From NCBI RefSeq assembly GCF_009914755.1, contig NC_060925.1: a stretch of 64,000 nucleotides of DNA. One strand, 5' to 3'. Shown in pieces: positions 1 to 12,023 of this stretch. The notes under the pieces were generated by a model, which saw only the letters and a list, made by a program, of their open reading frames with translations, searched no databases and had not been told where the DNA came from. The translations under genes were made by a program, and so were the position numbers. Position 1 is the first letter of the stretch, and every line of letters starts with the position of its first letter. This DNA is from the human T2T-CHM13v2.0 reference genome, Homo sapiens.

Positions 1-388
1 GACATGGAACCAACCCAAATGCCCGTCAATGATAGAATGGATAAAGAAAATGTGGTACATATACACCATGGAATACTATGCAGCCATAAAAAGAAATGAG
101 ATTATGTCCTTTGCAGGAACATCATCCTCAACAAACTAACACAGGAACAGAAAATCAAATACCACATGTTCTCACTCATAAGTGGGAGCTGAACATTGTG
201 AATACGTGGACACAGAGAGTGGAACAATGTGCACTAAGGCTTGTTGTGGGATGGGGGTGAGAGGAGGGAACTTACAGGATAGGTCAATAGTTGCAGCAAA
301 CTACTATGGCACACGTATACCTAGGTAACAAACCTGCACATTCTGCACATGTATCTCATTGTTTTTTTTTTTTAGAAGAAATAAAAAA
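1..388 (+). mobile_element. LINE-1 3' end (ORF2 end + 3'UTR), L1PA11/12-like, runs off the window start
   Basis: Typical L1 text 'tggtacatatacaccatggaatactatgcagccataaaaag' and 'aacaaacctgcacattctgcacatgtat', ending in an A-rich tail. Confidence 0.9.
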
Positions 389-507
389 ATTTCAGTGTTA
401 ATGACTGTTTACATTTTCGTGAATTCTTTCCAATATTTGATATTTATACATATATAATAAAATTATATCTACCTACCTATCTGTCTACCTATCTATCTGC
501 TTTCTAG

Positions 508-1335
<828 letters not shown>

Positions 1336-2709
1336 TACGTATTGCAAAGCTGTTATTTTAAGGCATACCAGAGAACATGAAATCTTATTTTATCCATATT
1401 TTGGTTTTATCCATTTGCTTTGAACCCCCTGAGTCAGCTGCCCTGATGGATAGTTTTTTTTTTTTTTGGTGTGGGCTTGGCCATGATGGGGAACTTGGTT
1501 GAAAGATGAGTGAAGTTAAGGCAGTTCAAGGATGTCATACTTTTTAGAAGTACCAGACAATCAGAAAAAAGTACAGAATAGGAGAAACAAAGAAATCAAA
1601 TACTTAAAAAATATATTCCCCCAGGTCAATGCTTTGCCATGAAAAGGAGAAAAAACAGTTCTTTCTCTCTAAGCTGCAGTACCCCTTGGTCACTGTTCCA
1701 AAGCTTGGGGCAGACCATTTGTCCTATACTATGGCTACATGTGGATGAAGTCATTTTTGTGTGGTCTTTTAAGACTGAAGGTACTAATCACAATTTTAAC
1801 ATTGCTTCTCCAGAAAAATACTTTCTGAGTTACGAACTTTGGGGACACAAACCTATTGGTCATTTGGAGATCTAGTTTCCCTTTTATTTTTCTAAATTAA
1901 ACATTAAACAAGACAATCTGAGCTTTGCCTTTTTTTCTTTTGGGTAACTTGATTTCCCAATTATAAATAATGATTATTTAATGTCTGTTAATTCTTTCAC
2001 AGTTTAGGGTGAATTCTAATTAGCCATCTCCCTAAGATATGTGGTTTGTGGCTTGAAAAGTTTTCTAATGCCTTCCCTCCCTAGAACTAATGACTCAGAA
2101 CTGAGAAAGACTGACACAGAGCTTCATCTTCTGCTGGGGCTGCAAATGCTCTGGAGATTGCCCACGCCCTCTTGCAGCCACTGCTAGATGAAGATGAAAG
2201 CCCACTGCCCAGACGGCATCAGTATTTCACCTGCTCAGTATTGCACAGAAAAGTCTTGGTTTGACTTACAGCCTGCTCATTGCTGGAAGGTCACAGCACT
2301 GTTTTTTGATGGAGTTTTGAGTAGTCATTTTTTCTAGTGCTTTAAACAGATTAAAATGTGGTTTTATGGGTAGTCATTTCCTAGATGCTTGTGAAAACAA
2401 TTCTAATCCTAATTGATGGTAGAAACTGATTCGGAGACTCAGTAAAGAAAGACATCTGTGACGTTCAGTTCAAAATAGTTAATTATTGATTGATCACCCA
2501 CCAGCATTAGCTTATAGATACACCTGAGGATTAAACATGACTTTCTGGAACAAAATAACTTTTTTTTTTCCTAAACATAATGTACAAGCTGAGCTTAAAT
2601 GAGTGAAATTATAAAAGGAGATAATCTCAATTTTGCCCTATATAAGAATAAAATATCAGTCAAAATATTTAAAGAATAGAGATTTCTGTTTGGTGCAATT
2701 TTCTGGTTA

Positions 2710-3088
2710 AGAGGTTAATGGAGGGGAATGGAAAGTTATTGTTTTATGGATGCAGAATTTTAGTTTTATAAAAGAGTTCTGGAGGTAGATGGTGGTAATG
2801 ATTGCATAACAATGTGAATATATTTAATACCATTTAGCTGCACATTTAAAACTGGTTAATGCCTGGTGCAGTGGCTTGAGCCTGAAATCCCAGCTCCTCA
2901 GGAGGCTGTGGTGGGAGAATCACTTGAGCCCAGGAGTTCGAGACAACAGTGAGCTCTGATTGTGCTACTGAACTCTAGCTTAGGCAACAGAGTAAGACGT
3001 TGTCTATTAACAAAAAGTAAGAAGAAAAGAAGGTTAAGATAGTAATTTTTATGTTATGTGTATTTTACTACAATTTTTTTTTAAAAAA
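2710..3088 (+). mobile_element. L1MB-type 3' end, interrupted by an Alu monomer
   Basis: 'gagttctggaggtagatggtggtaatgattgcataacaatgtgaat...atgttatgtgtattttactacaat'. Confidence 0.75.
2861..3030 (+). mobile_element. Free Alu monomer (FRAM/FAM-like)
   Basis: Single ~165-bp arm with right-arm sequence 'cagtgagctctgattgtgctactgaactctagc' and A-rich tail. Confidence 0.8.
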
Positions 3089-5229
3089 GAGTTAAATTGG
3101 AAACAAAAGTCTTTTAAGAGCCTTTTGGTCTGAGCTTTGACTTAATAAATACAATATTAAATGAAATTGTGCATTTACTAAATATTTGAGGGACATTATT
3201 CCGGAAGCCAGGTCTCATTTTCTAGGACTGGAGAAGACAGAATGTGTTTTGGACTCAGGATGTGTTTGTGAAAGAGCTTAAAATTTCTTTAGGTGATTGT
3301 GCATTCCTGTGATATGCATTTTCTCCAAAATGTACAGAAAGAAAAATAATTTGAACCCTAATTAATTGGGTTCTAATTGGCCTGTGTTTTAGGCTCTAAA
3401 GGATCTTAGATCCTTTAGATCTTTATTAAATACTGGTAATTCAGTATTTAATTGTAACTGATTTTTATGCAACTGCGCAGGAGAAGAAGTGTTCAGGTGC
3501 AGCTTTCTTCCCATCCGTGCCTTCCCTAGGCCATTGTGCTTTGTGTTCTTAAGACTCGGTGAATGTTTCTGAAGGTCAGCTAGAGTGCAGAGGAGAATTA
3601 ATATTAAAATGCATTTAATAAATAAGCTGTCAGATGATTCCCGAAGATACCATAAGCAGCAGAAAGTCTTCTTTCCTCTTTCATTCAGATCGCTGTGTAC
3701 AGAGGGAATGATGGTTAATATAGTCTCTGTTGGCATCTCCTAACGGGCTTTGGTAATCATTTCTAGCCCAGCCGTGCTCCACGGATTTCATCACTCTTGA
3801 GTGACGGGGCCATTTTCTCACAGAATATGGACCCTCCCTGAAAAAGAGGGAGCAGAAATAGTCATCTAGCAGTGTAACAGTTAGGGAATAGAAAGAAAAT
3901 GACGGATTTTGCAGAGAAGGTCTGCAGAAACTGATCCAGCATCCCTGGCAGTTTGAGTAGAGAATGGGATTTTGGTCTTTACTTTGAATTGTCATAATTA
4001 TTTAATGTCAAACCTATGGAGTGTTATGAGGCTGTAAGATTTTGAACTCTGTGCCCTTCAGAGGCTCTGCCTCAGGGCACAAACACAGGAAGATTAAACA
4101 TTAATTAAAGTAACCACACAGGAGAATAAACAATGTAAAGAATTAGAAAAAGACCTGGCTTCCCCACCAGGGTAAGCCATTTTAGAAAGCGAGATTTTGT
4201 ATTGAACTTACGAGATGGATGAAATAGGCTTCACTAGACCCAAGGGCATGGAGTAATTTCTCAGGAAAGTATTCTGCCATTGATTCCTGGAAGAAAAATT
4301 AGAAAAACTCAGTGGTTGATGGACCAACCCAGAGGCCCTAATGGTACAGAGAGAAAGGAAACATGACCATGTTCAAGTTACAAGTTGTAGCTGACCTTGA
4401 TGTTTATCGCCAGACCGTGGGAGGTTTTGGAATCTGACTGATGTCTTTCTTCCCTGTAGATTGTTATTCAGTGCCTAGGATGTGGGCCTAGGAACCTGTA
4501 TTTTTAAAAGATTATCTGATGTACAGCCGGGTATGAAAACTACTGATCAAGATCAATAGTTTTAATTAAAGTCAGGGTGGAGGGAGTAGGAGGGAGGGAA
4601 AGACAGAGGGAGAAAGAGGGACAATGAATGAGCTTTGGATTCCTTTGTTCAAATATGATCATCTGAGAAAGAGAAATTCTGAACTGTCAGTCAGTTCAGA
4701 GCAGAGCTCTGCTGGCTGAATTGGATGTGGGAGATTTTTCTTAGGTTCCCAGGGCCACAGAAAGGAAGCCCATGCTGAATAATCCAGATTTAAGCCTTAC
4801 CCATTGGCCTTGGATGCCTATTTCTGTCTTCCTTATCTACTACTGTCACTGTCAACCCCTTGTGGCTGTTCCATCCCCATGTGTCAGCTCTTTGTGGGCT
4901 GGTTTGCCCCCGGAACTATTGCTCTGAGTTCTGTCCATTCCCTGCTCGGCTCAGTGGGCTCCTGAGTTAGCCTTTAGCATGTCACCTTTCTGGCATCTCC
5001 ATGGTACCAGAACCTTTACTTTTCACGTGGGCTCCAACCAGCAGCAGCTCCCAACTAGGAGTGTCCCAGCCTGGTGGAAAGGACTGGACACACAAGATGG
5101 GTCGGAATTGAATATTAAATGAATTTCAATACTTGGTGTACCTTTGTGAAGTAGCACATTGATTTTGAGAGAGCATTGACTTTAAATCTGATAGATTTTT
5201 TTGCAAGCTTCTTTTCAGCAAATGGCTTA

Positions 5230-6121
5230 CTGTCCTTCCATTTGCTGAGGTCAAACTCCTTGGAGTCATTCTTAATTCCTTTCTGTTTTTCACACCCCAT
5301 GTTAAAATAGTGAATCCCTTAACATATGTAAAGAAGCCATCTCTTTCCCCCACCTCCATTGTCAACATCTGGGTCTGTGTCACCACCATGTGTGGCCTGG
5401 ATTATTGCCACAGTCTACTAATTTGTCTACCAGTTTCTGCCCTTGTTCCTTGAGTCTTTTCCTAACATAGTCATGTAATGATCCTTTAAAGATATGACTC
5501 AGGTTCCTCCCTTTTACTCAGAACTCCTGTCTCTTAGAGTGAAAACCAAAGACTTTATAGTGTCCTACAAAACCCTCCATGACATGGTGTTTCCCATCAG
5601 GATCTACCTTGATCTTAGCCAAAAGCCCAAGAAGCGATCTTATCCTGATCTCACCTCATCTCCAACTTATTTGCCCTTCAGTCACTCTGCTCTGGCCATA
5701 ATTTCCTCCTTTACTCACTTGGCCAAGCATGCTCCTGCCTCTGGGCCCCTCCCTCATTTCCTCTGGCTGAAAGATGTTTTTGTAAGTTAGGTATTTGTAT
5801 GGTTCCCTCACTTTTCTTCAAGTCTGACCAATTTTGCCTTATTAGAGTCAGTTTCAGACCTGCCTATATTAAAATGGAACCCCTTTGTTAATTTCATATA
5901 CTGTTTTCCCCTTACCATGCTTTACTTTTCTTCACTGCACATTTCATCATCTGACATTCCACTAATTTATTTTATTGGTTTATTATTTATAAAGTGCTAA
6001 CAAATACTTTAATCCAAACTCTTTGGGGGCAGGGCCCACATTTTGTTTACTGCAGATCCCCAGTGTTTAAAAAGAACCTAGCACATACTAGGTGTTCAGA
6101 AAGTATTTCTTAAACAAATGT
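5230..6121 (+). mobile_element. L2 (L2a-like) 3' region
   Basis: 'ccttggagtcattctt...ctggattattgc...cctagcacatactaggtgttca' follows the L2 3' consensus. Confidence 0.75.
5604..5638 (-). pseudogene. 3'-truncated U2 snRNA retro-fragment (first ~35 nt)
   Basis: Reverse complement ATCGCTTCTTGGGCTTTTGGCTAAGATCAAG-GTAG vs U2 ATCGCTTCTCGGCCTTTTGGCTAAGATCAAGTGTAG: 2 substitutions, 1 gap. Confidence 0.88.
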
Positions 6122-6134
6122 ATTATTAGTAAAT

Positions 6135-6335
6135 CTGAGTTTTAAATATAGTTTTGTCACTTCTTAATTATGTGACACTCAGTAAGTTACTTCTCAGATT
6201 CAAGTTTTCTAATGTTAAAAATAAAGGTAACTTCCGTTTCATGGAGTTGTTTTTCAGAGTAGAACTAACGTTTAATCTTCCCAACTAAAGTGTGAGATCA
6301 AATTTGCACTAAAAATATGTTATTATTATTGCTGT
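6135..6335 (+). mobile_element. MIR fragment
   Basis: Degenerate MIR core 'tgtgacactcagtaagttacttctc...gttttctaatgttaaaaataaagg'. Confidence 0.5.
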
Positions 6336-7150
6336 TGATGCCGACGGGAGACAGGGAAATACTGGGTGGAAGAGGGCGGTTCCCTTACAAAGGCTCCACC
6401 CTCAAGCCTGGATATCCCTGTCCCCAAGTGAGAACAGACATTCCTGTTTTCATGCACAAAATGTTGCCTTTTAGCCCACCATGCCCCCTATCCTATACCC
6501 ATATAAACCCTGAACCCCAGACTCCAGAAGCAGATGAGGAGACGAACAGATGAGAAGACGAGCAGATGAGCAGACAAATGGCAGAATGTTGCAGCAGAGA
6601 AGGAGAGAAGAGAAAGAGCGCCTGAATGTCAGCAGGAGTTTGTCTGGAGATGGTCAGAAAATCAGGTGCTGGATGGCCAAACTCCAGGGGAAGATCATCT
6701 TCCCATTCCATCTCCTGTCTAGCTCCCCATCCATCCTGCTCAGAGCCACCTCCACCACCCAGTAAAACCCCACATGCACCATCCTTCAAGTCTGTGTGTG
6801 ACCCGGTTCTTCCAGGATGCTGGACAAGAGCTCAGGATATGAAAGGTGTCACGCTGGCCCTCTGCCCTTGCAAAAAGGCAGAGGGTCCACTGAGCCAGTT
6901 GACACTTAAGCCATGCGTGGATGGCAAGGCTAAAAGAACACACTGTAACATACACCCAACTGGGCTCCGGGAGTCACAGGCTCCCATCCCTGGACGCTGC
7001 TGTGGGGCCAGAGCCCAGCATCCCAACCCCTGCACCTGTCCGTCTGCATGCTCCCACTCCTGTAAGGGGTTTGAGCGATGGTGGTGACTGAACAGACAAG
7101 CCAAACCCCTGTTGCAGGTCCTGTGAGAGTCAGGGAACCCCCCTGTTTCA
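6336..7150 (+). mobile_element. Solo ERV1 LTR (LTR1 family)
   Basis: TG...CA termini, 815 bp; start 'tgatgccgacgggagacagggaaatactggg' resembles LTR1; TATA-like 'catataaacc' and agtaaa signal; 4-bp TSD ctgt/ccgt. Confidence 0.8.
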
Positions 7151-7806
7151 CCGTTGTTAATATTGATAGAGCTTTAAGACTGAATTTATTCAGACATGGA
7201 TAGAATTTCAATGGAAGTGGAATCCAGGAACTGGCTTTAATCCTGTGTGACTTTTCTAGAAAGAAAGTCTTGATTGCCTCTATTTTACTTCTAAAAAAGT
7301 GTAGGCTACCTGCTAATGGCTCCCAGATTTCTGCTTGAATGATCTTTGAATAAGTAAAGACGTTTTGGATGTAAATTTTCCCATTGTTCTTAAGCAAGTC
7401 ATTAAAATTAAATATAACTATGAATGGAGAGTGTTTTATTCTTTCAATTACATAGGGTTTGTGAAGAGTCATTCTTTGTCTACTTATATTTAATCAACAT
7501 GCAATATTTTATGTGCCTTATTACCATGTGTTAAGAAGGTAATATTCACGTTACCTAGCTATTTTTTACATTAGCCAAAAAAATATGGTTATGTGCAAAT
7601 ATTGTGAAGAACATGCATGCAAGTAGTTTGCTTATTAACCAGGTTTGGTGTCAGCCACACACTTATAAAGCTAATAATTGCTAGCTATTAATATTATAAC
7701 TTTAGTTCAAATATTACTGATGTCTGTTCTTCTAAGACTGAATGTTAAGATTAGAATTTAGAATTTAGTACAAGTATGTATAAATCATTTCAACAGAAAA
7801 AAATGA

Positions 7807-7842
7807 ATGCAAATCAGGAACCAGCTGGAGGCAGATTTGCAT
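7807..7842. promoter_or_regulatory. Candidate enhancer core: inverted octamer pair flanking a palindromic E-box
   Basis: ATGCAAATC-aggaa-CCAGCTGG-aggca-GATTTGCAT; function is inferred only. Confidence 0.45.
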
Positions 7843-9442
7843 GATTATTTTAATGCTGTGACAGGACGTGAACACTCAGAAATTCGAATTAGGATGCTTA
7901 TTTCTCATATCTACAATGAGCACTGAGTCTCTCTTATGATGTGGCCAGCTATCACCCTGTGTTATCAGCAAACCCTACTAATAGAAATTTGAGAGTCTAA
8001 TATCAAACTTACTCTTCCTATTTGTTTTCTCTGAGCCCTGGGTTAGAAGACTGATATGAAATAAGCATTTTTACTATACTGAGCTATACGTATCATTTAC
8101 ATTATTGGTGTTGCTTAGAAATTACTCCACAGGTTTTCAAAAGATAAATCATGCCATTTGATTATCAGCAACCATTTGTCCAATCAGCACCCAAATGCAG
8201 TGTACTCTTTGCACTGGGCAGCCACTCTTAAGAGAGATTTAAGAAGTAACAAGGCCATTTTTGTGGATAAGTCTAGACAATAGTCTTTTCTGTAGCATGA
8301 AACTAATATCTGGTCTTATTGCATGATCATTTTTCTTGCACATGCTAAATCCTTTAGTGCCATTCATAAAACTTTTCATAAGAATGACTTCATAGAAGTT
8401 TCTATTCTTTTTAGAGATATGATTACCTATCTGCTTTCAGTTTACACTATTGCACTTGTGTGTGTGTTGTGGGGGGTATCCTCTGGTCTTGTGCAATTAT
8501 TTTCATTTTAGTCACTCAAATGAATTGCTGATTAAAAAGTAAATTTTGATGGCCATGTAAATTGGAGATGATTCTGGCTTAAAGGGATAACTAGGCAGGT
8601 ATTTTTGAAAATTAATAAGCAAGGCTATCACTCCACATAAACAAAGCGATTTTTTAAGGAACAGAACACTTGATATACTGGTTGATGCTTCAGTCTGGTG
8701 TGGTATTTGAAGAGCATAAAGTCGTAACATAGATTTTCATTTTAATGGGAGTGTTGTAATACCTTCATAATTTTTTTTTTTTACTTCTCATTAGTTTTTA
8801 CAACCTACGAATTACCTAAAACAACTTTAGTCATTTGAATTTTGACTTGCCACTTATTTTACTATGTGCAAAATTGTCCCATTTGAGAAATGGAATCTGT
8901 ATGTATGGTATTGGTGTCTATGGCTAGACATTAGGACTATTACAGAGTTTGCAGATGTCACTATGTCTAATGCAGTTCTAATGCAGATCTGTTTGGGATT
9001 TTGTTTAATATATGGTTATGGAGAAGTCTAGAAAGGAATGACAATGAAGTAGTAGTTACTGTAAATCTTGTGGTCACGTAATGAAAATTTAGGAGACTTT
9101 TCTGTACACCACTTTAGCTCTGCTCTTTGTAGATTGACTCATCTAGAGGAGATTTTGTACAAATTTTTTTCAGCTAATTTCTCCAGTTCATTTGTTTATT
9201 GATATAGTATTACATTATTATTTAGTTAAGCAAATGGTCTACACCACATGACTTCAAGCCTCCATGTCTTCTTTTTTGTTGTTGATTTGTATACTAAATT
9301 TCAGAAATGGCTTTTTATGGGGAAGGTTGGAGACAAATAATGACTATATACACATATATTTCACATATATATGTTATTGAAACATATGAGTGTCATATAT
9401 GTGTAAGTGGATGTAGACAAGTAATGAGTATATATACATATA

Positions 9443-9777
9443 CAGTCATGTGTCACTTAATAACAGGGATACATTCTGAAATGCATCATTAGGTGATTAT
9501 GTTATTGTGGGAACATCAAAAAGTGTACTTACACAACCCTAGGTAGTAGAGCCTACTACATCATACCTAGGCTATATGTTATAGCCTATGACCCCTAGGC
9601 TACAAACCTGTACAACATGCTACTGTACTGGATACTATAGGCAATTGTGACACAATGGTAAGTATTTGTGTATCTAAACATATTTGAACCTAGAACAGGT
9701 ACAGTAAAATTATGGTATTATAGTCTTATGGGATCAGCATTGTATATGCATTCTGTTGTTGACCAAAATGTAGTGCA

Positions 9778-9780
<3 letters not shown>
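9443..9780 (+). mobile_element. Tigger3a (MER7A) DNA transposon
   Basis: ta+cagtcatgtgtcacttaataacagggatacattctga...gttgaccaaaatgt..gtgcatga. Confidence 0.85.

Positions 9781-9816
<36 letters not shown>
9781..9816. repeat. (AT)n microsatellite at the Tigger end
   Basis: Perfect AT run of ~36 bp. Confidence 0.95.
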
Positions 9817-9822
<6 letters not shown>

Positions 9823-10159
9823 TACTGAATATGTTATAAATTTGTTATTGAAACCTACTTTTATTATTATATATATACATATACATAAATACATAGCCCC
9901 ACTTCTTCAGTCATGTGAAGTTACGCCTACTGATACGTGTATTAGTCTATCTTGTTTCTTCTTGCCACTTTTCTCTCTACTCTGAGCCCATTCACGTAAC
10001 CCATTTTAACAATTACTTATAGATTATTTCATAATTTCCTTATTTTAGTTCATTTCTAATCATTAACTGTGTTATTGATTACCCCTTATGTGAACCAAAA
10101 ACATCTCCATAGGGGCATTTCTTTGAGAGGATCAGTTCTGCTTTATTAAAGGTAAGTCA

Positions 10160-10552
<393 letters not shown>

Positions 10553-10929
10553 CTAAAAATGGCAGTACAAAATTGAGCATTGGCCCTTTGAGATCACTGG
10601 GAGCAAACCAACCAATGAGGACCACCCATGGGAACAGATGGAGTTCAGAACTGGACTTTAAATCGGGGCTCACTCTACAGAGGGTATTGTGGCTGGACAG
10701 AGGATGCTCATTGCATGAAAAGGAATCTGTTTGTCTGGGTCAGTGGGGAAGAGTTCTGGTGTGTCAGACTGTCTTATTTTGAGTTAAAAGTTTTACAGGT
10801 AAAGATTTGCTTTAATTTTCTACTCATGTTGTCCAGTCGAGTATGGCCATGTGTGCTTCTGTCTCTGATGAGAAATAATAATGATAAAGATCATGAGAGC
10901 AGCAGGTACCACTCTGACAACGAAGTGCC

Positions 10930-11110
10930 CTTCTCTGTCCTAGTTATTTTAAAGGTAGCACATTTTTTTTAATCCTCGCACAACCCTGTGAATCCATATT
11001 GCTTTCTTCCTTTTACAGATAAGGAAACTGAGGATCAGAGAGGAAAACCAACTTGCTCAAGGCCACCAGGCTAGTTAGTGTTAGACCCGAGACTCAAATC
11101 TAGGACTGCA
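10930..11110 (-). mobile_element. MIR
   Basis: 'ttttacagataaggaaactgagg...aacttgctcaaggccac'. Confidence 0.8.
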
Positions 11111-11690
11111 GGACTTCCTATCCCAGGTCAACGTTATCTAGTGCTTCTCGACATTTTGAGATCAGTTTAAATACTCCTTATTGTGCTTTTCTTGTGGATC
11201 TGCAGGCACTGGGTCTGGCACTGAGGAATCAGCGATGACCAAGACTTGGTCCCTGCTTGGAGAGGTTCACAACACATGCACCATTTTATTGGAACATCAC
11301 ATTACATTATGTTTAATGTGACATAATACGAGCTCCAGATGAGGAGACCTTTTCTTTATTTTGTTCTTAAAACAGTGCCTGGAACATAGTCAGCACTCAA
11401 TGAACATCTGGAAAACATAAAATATGTCACGAAATCCTGTCATGGAGGAAAGCACTCTTTGCTTTGTCTGTGGTTTCATCTGTGCCTCACTCTGAATTTT
11501 ACTCTGGGCTCCTCACCCCTGATGCATTTGCCCACGACCTCCTGGCATGCCTTGCTGCCCTTAGCATTCATTCTGCAGAAACTTTATGGAGCACATACTG
11601 TGTTCTGTGCATATACTGCCAGCATTGTGCTGGCATTAGGGACACAGAGACGAACAGACCAGACATGGTCCCTGCCCTCTTGGAGGAACA

Positions 11691-12023
11691 CAACTGCTCT
11701 GTACCCATGGGTTCTGCATCCATGGATTCAACTAACCTTGGATCGAAAGTACTCAGGGAAAAAAATATATGTCTGTACTGAATACATACAGACCATTTTT
11801 CCTTGTCATTAAGTCTGAAACAATACAGTATAACAAGTATTTAGCATTTATATCGTGTTAGGTATTATAAGTAATCTAGAGATGATTTAAAGTATACAGG
11901 AATATGTGTGTAGGTTATATGCAAATACTATGCCATTTTATAACAGGGACTTGAGCATCTGCAGATTGTTGTAGTTTTGGGAGGTCCTGGTACCAATCCT
12001 CCACAGATATGGAGGGACCACTG
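11691..12023 (-). mobile_element. MER2 DNA transposon (Tigger group)
   Basis: 'ggtattataagtaatctagagatgatttaaagtatac...gggacttgagcatc...ggagggaccactg'. Confidence 0.88.

Noticed and set aside
3667-3757. Plus-strand acceptor (ttcctctttcattcAG) with donor at ~3752
   Set aside because: Weak donor, stops in all frames, no supporting neighbours
6317-7472. Cluster of overlapping ORFs up to 180 aa
   Set aside because: They overlap the GC-richer LTR, where stops are rarer; no gag/pol/env or other recognisable motif
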